A stretch of DNA of 64,000 nucleotides. Source: an uncultured bacterium. GTDB taxonomy: Bacteria > Fidelibacterota > Marinisomatia > Marinisomatales > UBA1611. A program made the position numbers and the translations under genes. Under the pieces are notes generated by a model. That model had not been told where the DNA came from, ran no database searches, and saw nothing but the letters and a program-made list of their open reading frames with translations. The stretch is from positions 143 through 64,142 of the forward strand of contig CAWVTW010000001.1 in assembly GCA_963933175.1 (NCBI GenBank). The letters are read 5' to 3'. Below are positions 1 to 8,879 of the stretch, one piece after another (positions within the stretch are counted from its first letter, which is position 1; each line of letters starts with the position of its first letter).

Positions 1-657
1 GGGATCCATTGGCCCATCACCCGATGTGGCTTCCCGACTAAATAATTCAATAAAGTTTGTATCACTGTTATTCAATTGGATAGCGAAATTCCTAATAAGG
101 TTTGAATCAACTGTATCAGTTAACATTGAATCAATACTCATAATATCCCAGACCAATTCTGTATATGTAAATATGCCGCTGGTATCTGTGTTAACAATAA
201 CGTTTGGCTGACCTATGCTTTCCCAATCGGCTATAGAATATCCTACAAAATCAAGGTAGGTACTTTTAGATTCATTAAACTGAGAATCAGGGTTAAAATA
301 TAGATTTGGAGTGGATGTCTGTGTCAACAAACTATCACTGGAATATAATATAAAATGAAGACTGTCAACGGTAACTGTTGAATCTAAAGAATTGCTCCAA
401 TAATAATGGTCTTTAATCCCAATAAAAGCTAAAGGCACATCCAAGGAATTCTTTGTGCCTAAATACAACCTATCATTAGAGCCAAGATTTGGTGCAACCC
501 TATAAGAACTGAAAGAAATTAAATCAATTGAGACTGTATCCATTGATAAGAGCAGATGGGACAGATCAGCTTCAATTCGATTATCCTCGCATTGCCAAGA
601 CGAAATGCTGAGAATAAAAACCCCTAGGAGGTTCATATTAAAAAATAGTGATTTCAT
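1..657 (-). CDS. hypothetical secreted protein or lipoprotein, partial (C-terminus lies beyond the left window edge)
   Basis: The minus-strand frame is open from ATG (complement of 655-657) to base 1. It is absent from the ORF track because no stop lies inside the window. My translation starts MKSLFFNMNLLGVFILSISSWQCEDN, a signal peptide with Cys after the hydrophobic core. No family recognised. Confidence 0.5.
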   Translation of the reverse strand, partial: MKSLFFNMNLLGVFILSISSWQCEDNRIEADLSHLLLSMDTVSIDLISFSSYRVAPNLGSNDRLYLGTKNSLDVPLAFIGIKDHYYWSNSLDSTVTVDSLHFILYSSDSLLTQTSTPNLYFNPDSQFNESKSTYLDFVGYSIADWESIGQPNVIVNTDTSGIFTYTELVWDIMSIDSMLTDTVDSNLIRNFAIQLNNSDTNFIELFSREATSGDGPMDP

Positions 658-679
658 TTAAGACTACTTATATGATAAA

Positions 680-1510
680 TCAGTGGGAAAGTTTCTCTAA
701 AACTTTATCCATTTTCTTTGCAATCGCACCATAGTCAGGCATTTCATCATCAGACCACTGGATTACAGAGATTTTTTTCTTATTAGCTTTTAAACCTGGT
801 TGTTTTAATAATTTTTTAGAAATTATTGATGATGGTTTATCAAAAATAATGATTGCATCAGCTTCAAAGGATGCTACATCATATACATTAAGCATTTTAC
901 CTTTTAGAGATGAATCAATTGGCACTTCTGCTTTTTTAAAGTCAGCACGAGATACCTTAGAGTATTCATTAAGATCGTGGATCACCATGACTGTTTTAAT
1001 ATTTTCATAAAATTCATTAATTCCTTCAAAATGTTTCTTATACATTCCCGGAACCATCGCACTTTGCCATCCATTACAAATAAATATATCCGGCGCCCAA
1101 AAAAGATGAGGCAGAGTACTTAGGACAGCTTTTGCAAAAAAACCATATCGTTCCCCATTATCTGCTAATACACGGCCATTTTTTGATTTATAAACCAGAT
1201 TTGTAAGAGGTTTAAACCAAAAATCATCTTCTAGAAAATAAACTTGCACTCTGGTTTTAGGAATGAAAGCACTCTTTGCACTAACACTAATTTCTTCACC
1301 ATCAAATTGAAAAGGGATATCTCTCAGCCGTATCACTTCTCTTAAAATATATTTTCTTTCACTTACATAACCATATTTTGGAATAATGGTTCGAATATCA
1401 TGCCCCTTTTCTTGAAGAGCAAGTGGCACTTTTGTTGAAAATTCTCCTAAGTCGGAGACGTTGGCAAACGGAGTAATCTCCGTTGTCAAAAAATAAAGTT
1501 TTTTTGGCAT
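680..1510 (-). CDS. glycogen/starch synthase-like protein, GT5 N-terminal domain only (276 aa)
   Basis: The N-terminus KKLYFLTTEITPFANVSDLGEF..ALQEKGHDIRTIIPKYG follows the GlgA/Glyco_transf_5 pattern. The ORF ends where the GT1 C-terminal half of a normal GlgA would begin. Confidence 0.6.
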   Translation of the reverse strand: MPKKLYFLTTEITPFANVSDLGEFSTKVPLALQEKGHDIRTIIPKYGYVSERKYILREVIRLRDIPFQFDGEEISVSAKSAFIPKTRVQVYFLEDDFWFKPLTNLVYKSKNGRVLADNGERYGFFAKAVLSTLPHLFWAPDIFICNGWQSAMVPGMYKKHFEGINEFYENIKTVMVIHDLNEYSKVSRADFKKAEVPIDSSLKGKMLNVYDVASFEADAIIIFDKPSSIISKKLLKQPGLKANKKKISVIQWSDDEMPDYGAIAKKMDKVLEKLSH

Positions 1511-1528
1511 TAGGTATTAATTAAGATT

Positions 1529-2347
1529 TTAATTTATAGATAACTGTTTTAGTGCGTCTTTGGCTTTTGGATAATATTCACTTCCAGGAAAATAATCTAT
1601 CATACGCTGAAACTCTTCACGAGCTTTATTTACATTCCCCATACTCTGGTAGGACAAACCAATCTTTAATTGTGCATCATCGTCCTTATCTGTCCCAGAA
1701 TAAGTAAAAACCTTTTCAAACTCAGCAATTGCTCTTTTGAATTCTTTTTGTGAATAATAACATTCAGCCAACCAATATTGACTATTATCTGCTAAATCAT
1801 TTGTTGCATCAGAAGACACTAATTCTTTAAATCCGACAATGGCATCATCAAATTCTTGGTTTTGGAAATGCCCCAGACTTGTCATATAGGTCTGTTTGTA
1901 TTGTGCAGAATTGAATTTTGGCTCATCCGATAAAGGGGCCCCAGATTTTAGTTGAGCCATTTCACTATAACTATTCGTTAATGTTACGATCTTATTTTCT
2001 ATAAGAACTAATTTATTAAATATTTCTAGTGCAGTACTATCCATATAACGTGATTGATTTTCGAGATTGGATATTTTATTGCTCAAGGTATTGATTCTCT
2101 TCAAAATTACCAATGTAATAGAATCTTGTTGTGCCTTACTTTTAACTGCCTGCTTAAAAGCAGACATCAGTTCAGGTAGCAGAATCTGATTATCCAATTG
2201 TAAAGAATCTACTTGAACACGAACTCGGTCAATCTTCGCATTTAATCGTCGAAGTTCTCTGCCTGAATCGCTTTGCCCAAGGGCAAAGGATGTTAGTGAT
2301 ATGAATGAGAAAAGTATTATATGTTCGTATGTGGAACGAATTGTCAT
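1529..2347 (-). CDS. cpoB: CpoB/YbgF-like Tol-Pal associated periplasmic protein (coiled coil plus TPR)
   Basis: Signal peptide, long coiled-coil-like N-terminal half, and a C-terminal TPR block (QYWLAECYYSQKEFKRAIAEFEKV ... FPGSEYYPKAKDAL) typical of the YbgF C-terminal domain. Confidence 0.6.
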   Translation of the reverse strand: MTIRSTYEHIILFSFISLTSFALGQSDSGRELRRLNAKIDRVRVQVDSLQLDNQILLPELMSAFKQAVKSKAQQDSITLVILKRINTLSNKISNLENQSRYMDSTALEIFNKLVLIENKIVTLTNSYSEMAQLKSGAPLSDEPKFNSAQYKQTYMTSLGHFQNQEFDDAIVGFKELVSSDATNDLADNSQYWLAECYYSQKEFKRAIAEFEKVFTYSGTDKDDDAQLKIGLSYQSMGNVNKAREEFQRMIDYFPGSEYYPKAKDALKQLSIN

Positions 2348-2418
2348 ATTTTAGCCCTTTTTGTTCGCCAAACTGACGACCAATTTACCATTTGTTAATC
2401 ATCCTTCAAATAAGTTTA

Positions 2419-3648
2419 TCAGTCTGAATAGTTCACACTAAGTTTTAAAATCAAACCAAACATTAGGTAGCATGCTATCAAAAAAGATCCCCCAGCAGAA
2501 ATAAATGGAAAAGGCAACCCCTTCACTGGAATCAGCCCAACTGTCATGGCTGTATTCACGAAAACATGTGATAAAAAAATTGTTGCGAAACCAATCAACG
2601 CAAGGCTGGAAAATCGATCCTTTGATAAGAAAGACTGTTTCATAACCTGTACTATTAAATATCCAAATACTATAAGTATGACAGATATAGTTACAAACCC
2701 CAACTCTTCCCCTATAACAGATAATATAAAATCGGACTCCTGCACAGGTAAAAATTTTAAATGGGTCTGGGTGCCATCTCCCCAGCCTTTGCCAAATAAT
2801 CCTCCAGAACCGATAGCTGTTTTACTTTGAATGATCTGATAAGCGGCACCCAGCGGATCCTTTTCCGGGTTTATAAAGGTCAAAATTCGATTTTGTTGAT
2901 AATTCGTTAATGAATTCCATAAAAAAGGTGATAGAAGTCCGATGAAAATATTTCCAAAAAAGAGTCCAAATGACATAATTGGTTTGGGTCTTGCTATAAA
3001 AATGGTGACACCCAAAACAATAGCCCAAATTGTAAATGCCATATTGTGAAAAGCCATCAACATACTCAATAAGGGGGCCAACAAAAGAAAAAGATAAAAA
3101 GGACGTGCGCCGGACCAATATAACATAGGCAAAACAGGCGCCAATATCACAATGGCAGTTCCTAAATCAGGTTGATTCATTACAATAGAGGTGGGAATCA
3201 AAACTAAAATAATAGGAATAATAATGGATATAAAATATTTCATTTCGAGATTATGATCGGATAAATAACGTGCCAAGGCAATTGCTGTGAAAATTTTCGC
3301 AAATTCACTGGGTTGAATGGCAAATGGCAACCCAATATTCAACCAGCGATATGTTCCTGCATGGGGACTACCAAAAAATGGTAAGATCACAAAAACAATA
3401 CTAATGGCGTAAAGCGCATAAGCATATTTATGAATAGTATACCGGGGAATAAATAAAATGGTTATAGCACCTATGACCGATGGAACCATAAATAATAATT
3501 GTTTTGAGAATGGATTTTGAAAAACACCACCGATATGATGCTGGGAAATACTCTTTAAAACTATGAGACCAATCGTTGACAGGAATACAACAGCCCAAAT
3601 GATCTTGATGGGAAGATCTTTCAATTCAAATGATTGAGACCGTATCAT
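2419..3648 (-). CDS. rodA: rod shape-determining SEDS protein RodA
   Basis: 409-aa polytopic membrane protein with SEDS motifs (QPSEFAKI, NQPDLGTAIV, GSGGLFGKGWGDGTQ, ESDFILSVIGEELG). It overlaps mrdA by 4 nt and sits in the mre cluster. Confidence 0.9.
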   Translation of the reverse strand: MIRSQSFELKDLPIKIIWAVVFLSTIGLIVLKSISQHHIGGVFQNPFSKQLLFMVPSVIGAITILFIPRYTIHKYAYALYAISIVFVILPFFGSPHAGTYRWLNIGLPFAIQPSEFAKIFTAIALARYLSDHNLEMKYFISIIIPIILVLIPTSIVMNQPDLGTAIVILAPVLPMLYWSGARPFYLFLLLAPLLSMLMAFHNMAFTIWAIVLGVTIFIARPKPIMSFGLFFGNIFIGLLSPFLWNSLTNYQQNRILTFINPEKDPLGAAYQIIQSKTAIGSGGLFGKGWGDGTQTHLKFLPVQESDFILSVIGEELGFVTISVILIVFGYLIVQVMKQSFLSKDRFSSLALIGFATIFLSHVFVNTAMTVGLIPVKGLPFPFISAGGSFLIACYLMFGLILKLSVNYSD

Positions 3649-5408
3649 CTTGTAGCCATATCATTATAATTGATTATTTGTGAGAATACTTGGTGCGCTA
3701 TAGGAGCAGCGATAGTTCCTCCAGACCCACCATTTTCCACAAGCACAACAATTGAATATTTTTTATCGTAATACTCGGCCCAACCTAAAAACCATGCATG
3801 ATTTTCACCATGTGAATTTTCCGCGGTGCCGGTTTTTCCAAAAACTTTAAAACCGGGCACATTAGGCTGAGCGTTTTTACCAGTGCCTTTTTCATCTGCT
3901 ATTACAGCCCTCATATCTGAAACAATTCTGTCCCATATGTTTGATTCAAAATTTGGATGAATATTTTCAGGTAATTGATCAACTCTCACAAAATGTGGAG
4001 TTTGTGCTAACCCTCTTGTTGCAAGCAAATTCACATAATTAAAAACTTGAATAGGCGTCACCAATAATTCACCTTGCCCAATAGAAATATTTAAAAGTGC
4101 ACCTTTACTCCAGCCGTATCTTCCATAACGTTTATTCATAAAACTGGCGGTGGGAACAAGGCCTCTAGATTCACCGGAAATATCAATTTGGGTTGGCTGT
4201 CCAAACCCAAATTTACGAAACGAATTAGAAAGCATATCGAGATCAAAATAATGGGTAGATTTATAAAAATACACATCACAAGAATTTAACATAGCAGATG
4301 TCAAATTCATTCCACCGTGCCCCAAATCTAACCAACATCCAAAAATTCTATCTCCAAACTGATAAGATCCTTCGCACATTTGTTCGACTTCCGGGTCAAA
4401 TTTTTGATTGTTTAATAAAGTTACTGCTGTAATCATTTTTACAATGGATCCTGGAGGATACAATCCCTGGTTAAACCGGTTGATTAAAGGTTTATCAGGG
4501 TGTTTAAGGATATTTTGCCAATCTTGTTCTAACATAAGCCCGGTAAACAGATCTGGTTTAAAATCCGGTGCACTCACCGCACCTAATATTTCACCTGTTT
4601 CAGGGATTCCCACCAAAATAACACCTCGGCTTCCTTCCATGATATTTTCAAGTTTTTTTTGGATATTGATATCAAGTGTCGTTATAATATTCTGTCCTGG
4701 TTCCGGCCTTTTGGGCGGTAAATCTTCAACATAACCCACTTCCCTACCCAATGCATCCACTTCATAAAAATAGACACCTCGCTCCCCTTTTAAATAGGAT
4801 TCATATTTTTTTTCCAATCCATTCCATCCAATCATGTCCCCTAATTCATATTCACTTTTATTTTTAATAGCTGCCCGGACGGACTTATCCACTTCCTTGA
4901 CATACCCCAAAATATGAGAAGCTCGAACTGCTGATGGAAAATACCTTTCAGGAAACTGCTGATAATAGATCCCTTCAAGATTGAGTTTGTTTTCTTCTAA
5001 TTTTGAAATCTGATGAAATGTCAAGTCTTTTGCTAATCGAGTCGAGATAAATCTCCCCCGGTAATATTTTTTATAATTTCTCGATACTATTGTTGAATCC
5101 AATCCAATAGTTTTTGAAATTAGTCCAAATTTTTCTCCTTTTTGTGAGAGTTCGCCAGGGATTGCAGTTAAGACATATGTTGGAAGATTATCTACCAAAA
5201 TTTGCCCATTCCTATCAAGAATAAGACCACGTGGTGCGGTGGTCGTAATTTTCCTGATACGATTCGTATTTGCTTTTTTTCGATACCGATCATGACCAAG
5301 AATCTGTATCTGGAAAAATCGAGCTAAAAGAACAATTATTAGAAACCAAGTTATTCCAATAGCAATCAAATATTGATGGAAGGAGACAATATTTTCAGCC
5401 TTTAACAT
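3645..5408 (-). CDS. mrdA: penicillin-binding protein 2 (elongasome transpeptidase)
   Basis: 587 aa with an N-terminal TM helix, a PBP dimerisation region, and transpeptidase motifs PGSIVKM (SxxK) and FGKTGTAE (KTG). Located between mreD and rodA. Confidence 0.9.
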   Translation of the reverse strand: MLKAENIVSFHQYLIAIGITWFLIIVLLARFFQIQILGHDRYRKKANTNRIRKITTTAPRGLILDRNGQILVDNLPTYVLTAIPGELSQKGEKFGLISKTIGLDSTIVSRNYKKYYRGRFISTRLAKDLTFHQISKLEENKLNLEGIYYQQFPERYFPSAVRASHILGYVKEVDKSVRAAIKNKSEYELGDMIGWNGLEKKYESYLKGERGVYFYEVDALGREVGYVEDLPPKRPEPGQNIITTLDINIQKKLENIMEGSRGVILVGIPETGEILGAVSAPDFKPDLFTGLMLEQDWQNILKHPDKPLINRFNQGLYPPGSIVKMITAVTLLNNQKFDPEVEQMCEGSYQFGDRIFGCWLDLGHGGMNLTSAMLNSCDVYFYKSTHYFDLDMLSNSFRKFGFGQPTQIDISGESRGLVPTASFMNKRYGRYGWSKGALLNISIGQGELLVTPIQVFNYVNLLATRGLAQTPHFVRVDQLPENIHPNFESNIWDRIVSDMRAVIADEKGTGKNAQPNVPGFKVFGKTGTAENSHGENHAWFLGWAEYYDKKYSIVVLVENGGSGGTIAAPIAHQVFSQIINYNDMATR

Positions 5409-5884
5409 CAGTTGATTTTATGTAAAGGGTATATCACTTGGAGGATACCCGCAAAACTTAAAGTATAGATTGTAGTACCGAGCCATTTTTCCCAAAACAG
5501 TTGCGGATTGATCATCCAAATATCTTGATATTGAACTACACAAAAGATCAGAAATTGAAATACAAGAATTGCAACCCAGGATATCGAAAAGTAAATCGGA
5601 TTTAATCGTGAATATGTACCCATGAGATACCCACCAAGATATCCAGTAACAGAATAAATCAACGGTGATAATCCGAAATATGAAGCTGCCCCTGAGAGAT
5701 CAATTAATAATCCTATCAAAAAACCTGAAATTGTTCCGATAGTTCGACCATATTTAATAGACCAATACAATATTAGGATAACAAGGAAATCTGGTCTAAC
5801 TGTCCCTATAGATAAAAAATCCGCAAGCAATAATTGAGCGATCCAAATTAATAAACCCGAGAAAACAAAATCAGTCCATTTCAT
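5408..5884 (-). CDS. mreD: rod shape-determining protein MreD
   Basis: 158-aa multi-TM protein immediately downstream of mreC (14-nt overlap). Size, hydrophobicity and position fit MreD. Confidence 0.7.
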   Translation of the reverse strand: MKWTDFVFSGLLIWIAQLLLADFLSIGTVRPDFLVILILYWSIKYGRTIGTISGFLIGLLIDLSGAASYFGLSPLIYSVTGYLGGYLMGTYSRLNPIYFSISWVAILVFQFLIFCVVQYQDIWMINPQLFWEKWLGTTIYTLSFAGILQVIYPLHKIN

Positions 5885-6671
5885 ATGAATCCTCGATAAT
5901 CACAAAAACAAATTGAAAGGCACTCAAATCATTGGGTGAATTGACATTGATAACTTTTTGAAAACTACCTCGTTCATCATTGACACCTACAACTTTACCA
6001 ACGGGGAGCCCTGCCGGATATATGTCACTGAATCCTGATGTGATAACCTTATCGCCAATATTAATCTCTACATTTTTTTGTACTTCCCGAATCTGACCTC
6101 CAGATTTTCCAAGCCATCTTAAAATGCCTGTTGCTCCACTAGGTAAGATTCTAACACTTAAGCGGTAGTTCACGTCTGTTATTAATTGAACAATAGAAGC
6201 AGTTTCTCCTGCCAGAATTGTTTTTCCAACCACACCTTTTGGTGTAAGGACAGCCTGGTTTGGTTTAATACCATCCCTTTCACCAGCATCGATCACAATG
6301 GAAAGTAAATTAGATTGAACTCCCTTATTTATGACTCGCGCAGGTTTAAGAATGATTTTAGTCTGACGTTTAAAATCCAACATGTCCAATAATTGGTCAT
6401 TCTCTCTTTGAAGATTAAGCATTGATTCAACTTGAAGAGACAAGGCTAGATTTTTTTCCCTGAGAAGTTGGTTTTTTTCTTCTAGGAACATAAGGGATTT
6501 CACCCAGGTCATAGGTGAAGAGATGAATGCAACTGTATCGATCGCTTTCCCTCGAATCACATGCATTCGGGGATCATCGCTATTTAATAGGAGGAAGCTG
6601 GAAAAGACTAGAGCAAGGGCAAAAAGAAGATGATCTTTGTTACGAACAATTGCAAGATAGAGCCCTCGCAT
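5871..6671 (-). CDS. mreC: rod shape-determining protein MreC
   Basis: 266 aa with an N-terminal anchor, coiled coil (LREKNLALSLQVESMLNLQRENDQL) and beta-rich C-terminal domains (GDKVITSGFSDIYPAGLPVGKV). Located downstream of mreB. Confidence 0.85.
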   Translation of the reverse strand: MRGLYLAIVRNKDHLLFALALVFSSFLLLNSDDPRMHVIRGKAIDTVAFISSPMTWVKSLMFLEEKNQLLREKNLALSLQVESMLNLQRENDQLLDMLDFKRQTKIILKPARVINKGVQSNLLSIVIDAGERDGIKPNQAVLTPKGVVGKTILAGETASIVQLITDVNYRLSVRILPSGATGILRWLGKSGGQIREVQKNVEINIGDKVITSGFSDIYPAGLPVGKVVGVNDERGSFQKVINVNSPNDLSAFQFVFVIIEDSYEMD

Positions 6672-6677
6672 ACACCC

Positions 6678-7703
6678 TTACAAAAGTACAGCTTCGTATT
6701 TTTTTAGGTTTTCCAAAACCATACCTGTTCCCCTAACTACTGAGAGCAACGGATCCTCAGAAACATTTACTGGAATATTTGTCCGTTCTCGTATAATTTG
6801 ATCTATACCTTTCAATAAACTGCCACCTCCTGCAAGAATAATTCCCCTTTCAAGAATATCTGCTGCTAGTTCGGGTGGTGTTTGTTCAAGGCACCGTTTT
6901 ACCGCTTCAACTATTTGATTCACTGGATCTTTCAAAGCCTGGCGAATTTCATCTGATGATACTTCAATTGTTTTGGGAATTCCAGAAACGAGATCACGTC
7001 CTTTCACTGCTATATCGGAAGAATTCATCTTCATGGCTGACCCAACAGATTTTTTAATATTTTCACTCATACCAAGACCAATTTCGAGTTTATGCTCACT
7101 CCTAAACCATTGCAAAACTGCTTCATCCATTTCGTCTCCAGCAATTCGAATTGTTTCTTTCGTAACAACGCCATTCAATGAAATAACAGCGATCTCAGTC
7201 GTTCCACCTCCAATATCAACAATGATGTTTCCCACAGGTTTACTTATGTCCAATCCAATTCCGATGGCGGCAGCTACTGGTTCTTCTATCAAATAAACTT
7301 CTCTTGCATTGGCGCGTTCACCAGAATCTTTTACAGCACGGCGCTCCACTTCTGTTACACCAGATGGAACGCAAATAACCATTCTTGGTCGAGCAAGACG
7401 GTTCAAGTTAATCTTTCGAATAAACCCTTGGAGCATACCATCTGTCATTTTAAAATCAGCAATTACACCATCTTGCAGCGGGCGAATTGTTTCCAGTTCA
7501 CGGTGGGTTCTCCCTAGCATTGCCTTGGCTTCATCCCCTACTGCGACAATGGTATCAGTATGAACATTACGCGTAACAATCGATGGCTCATTCACTACAA
7601 TACCACGACCCTTTAGCCAGATTAAGGTATTTGCGGTACCTAGATCAATGGCAATATCACCGGAAATCCAGTTGATTAAATTTGGGAATTTAATGTTTGT
7701 CAT
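6678..7703 (-). CDS. mreB: actin-like rod shape-determining protein MreB
   Basis: 341 aa with diagnostic MreB/actin-fold motifs: IAIDLGTANTLIW, VICVPSGVTEVERRAV, EPVAAAIGIGLD, IVDIGGGTTEIAVISL, GIILAGGGSLLKGID. Confidence 0.97.
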   Translation of the reverse strand: MTNIKFPNLINWISGDIAIDLGTANTLIWLKGRGIVVNEPSIVTRNVHTDTIVAVGDEAKAMLGRTHRELETIRPLQDGVIADFKMTDGMLQGFIRKINLNRLARPRMVICVPSGVTEVERRAVKDSGERANAREVYLIEEPVAAAIGIGLDISKPVGNIIVDIGGGTTEIAVISLNGVVTKETIRIAGDEMDEAVLQWFRSEHKLEIGLGMSENIKKSVGSAMKMNSSDIAVKGRDLVSGIPKTIEVSSDEIRQALKDPVNQIVEAVKRCLEQTPPELAADILERGIILAGGGSLLKGIDQIIRERTNIPVNVSEDPLLSVVRGTGMVLENLKKYEAVLL

Positions 7704-7785
7704 GGCTTGTAATTTCTAATAGAAGAATCAAAGAAGAACGTCTAATTTACAGTGAAAATCTCGTCGAGATAAATGGACAATTATA

Positions 7786-8075
7786 CTATTTACTCTCCCG
7801 TTCCTTTTGCATTCCATTTTTGCTAAGAGCATCAGCACGAGTATTTTTTCCGTCTCATATGAACTACGGGCCAATGATCCATTTAATTTAGTTCAAACAC
7901 AACACTTGATTGCAATTGCTTCATCCGGTCGTTTTTTACTTTATACTTACCATTTATTTGGTTGACAATCAATTCACTATCTCAATATATATCAAGATTT
8001 GCAATATTTAATTCTATAGATACATGAATTCATTTAGTCATGGCCAGGTATTCATCTTCAGTAAATGATTCCATT
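7786..8075 (-). pseudogene. decayed RNase HI-family gene remnant (N-terminal third missing, two in-frame TGA, one TAA, one frameshift)
   Basis: My minus-strand translation gives MESFTEDEYLAMTK*IHVSIELNIANLDIY*DSELIVNQINGKYKVKNDRMKQLQSSVVFELN*. After a +1 shift it continues ..DGKNTRADALSKNGMQKE. This matches the conserved RNase H core pattern (AEY.AL..GL..A......L.IY.DS.LVVNQ..G.YKVK...L ... N..AD.LAN.A) from memory. No intact ORF exists. Confidence 0.6.
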
Positions 8076-8879
8076 TTAGGGTTGGGATTGGATATAGGGA
8101 TTTGAGCCATATTGGGCGGGACATTCTTCCCAGTAATAGCACCAATTACATAAAATAGATTTTTTAGGAGGGAATTCGCTGCCATTACTTAATTTTTCCC
8201 GTATTTCATCTATAGAATTTTTAGTTTCATTGATGACTTTTCTTATGTCTTCATCAGTTCTTTTTGATTCCACTTTTATCCCATGCTGAATAAAATGCCA
8301 AACCAATGTCACGGATTTTATATTTTCAACCTCTGCCATAAGGCCAATTTGGTATAATGCTAATTGATGGTCTTTGTCTGCAGCCTTTTGAGATAAAGCA
8401 CGTTTTCCTGTTTTATAATCATGAATCTCCCAATTGCCTTTACCATCATGATCAACCCGATCAACAATACCTTTTATTTTATAATTTTTATCATCGTCCA
8501 AAAAAAATACCATTTCGTGCTCATTTGCCAGCACTGGTTCACCAAAAGGATGATTAAGCCTGTAAAAACGTGCGATGCATTCTTCTCCCAGATAAAAATA
8601 ATCCCGGGCAGTTTTATTCTGATAAACGATGGCAACGCGCTTATGCCACTTTTCTTTCCAAAGGGATTTATGAACTTTTAGTATTTCATCCACCACTGGA
8701 ATCACACCTGATTTGACCAGCTCGTACAGGTATTCGATAGATTCATGGACTCGTTTTCCTAGAAATGCTTCAATTCCTTCATCCTTTTTATATATTTGAT
8801 CAATATACCTGAATTTGAACTGTGCTGGACATTTCTTAAATGACTGAATACCGCTATGGGAAAAGCGTTCAAGAATCAT
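8076..8879 (-). CDS. PD-(D/E)XK nuclease, Cas4/AddB-like with Cys cluster
   Basis: 267 aa. The catalytic core is GIVDRVDHDGKGNWEIHDYKTGK (D..D/ExK) with QLALYQ downstream. One N-terminal Cys (KKCPAQF) and three C-terminal Cys (CNWCYYWEECP) are arranged as in Fe-S RecB-family exonucleases. Confidence 0.75.
   Translation of the reverse strand: MILERFSHSGIQSFKKCPAQFKFRYIDQIYKKDEGIEAFLGKRVHESIEYLYELVKSGVIPVVDEILKVHKSLWKEKWHKRVAIVYQNKTARDYFYLGEECIARFYRLNHPFGEPVLANEHEMVFFLDDDKNYKIKGIVDRVDHDGKGNWEIHDYKTGKRALSQKAADKDHQLALYQIGLMAEVENIKSVTLVWHFIQHGIKVESKRTDEDIRKVINETKNSIDEIREKLSNGSEFPPKKSILCNWCYYWEECPAQYGSNPYIQSQP

Noticed and set aside
26-211. 61-aa plus-strand ORF at the left edge.
   Set aside because: It lies antisense within a longer minus-strand frame (1..657) that has a signal peptide and runs off the window.
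2546-2830. This and many similar 60-120 aa ORFs antisense to long genes, for example 4408..4734, 6973..7296, 14056..14400, 21502..21792, 23118..23447, 36730..37023, 46099..46401 and 60393..60761.
   Set aside because: These are shadow ORFs inside well-supported genes on the opposite strand. They are low-complexity, with no motifs.
7786-8075. Two in-frame TGA codons at Gly-aligned positions in the RNase H-like frame, which could hint at TGA-to-Gly recoding (code 25).
   Set aside because: The same remnant also carries a TAA, a frameshift and a missing N-terminus. All other genes in the window give full-length products under the standard code, and at least one (39850..41682) ends on TGA. Simple pseudogene decay explains it.
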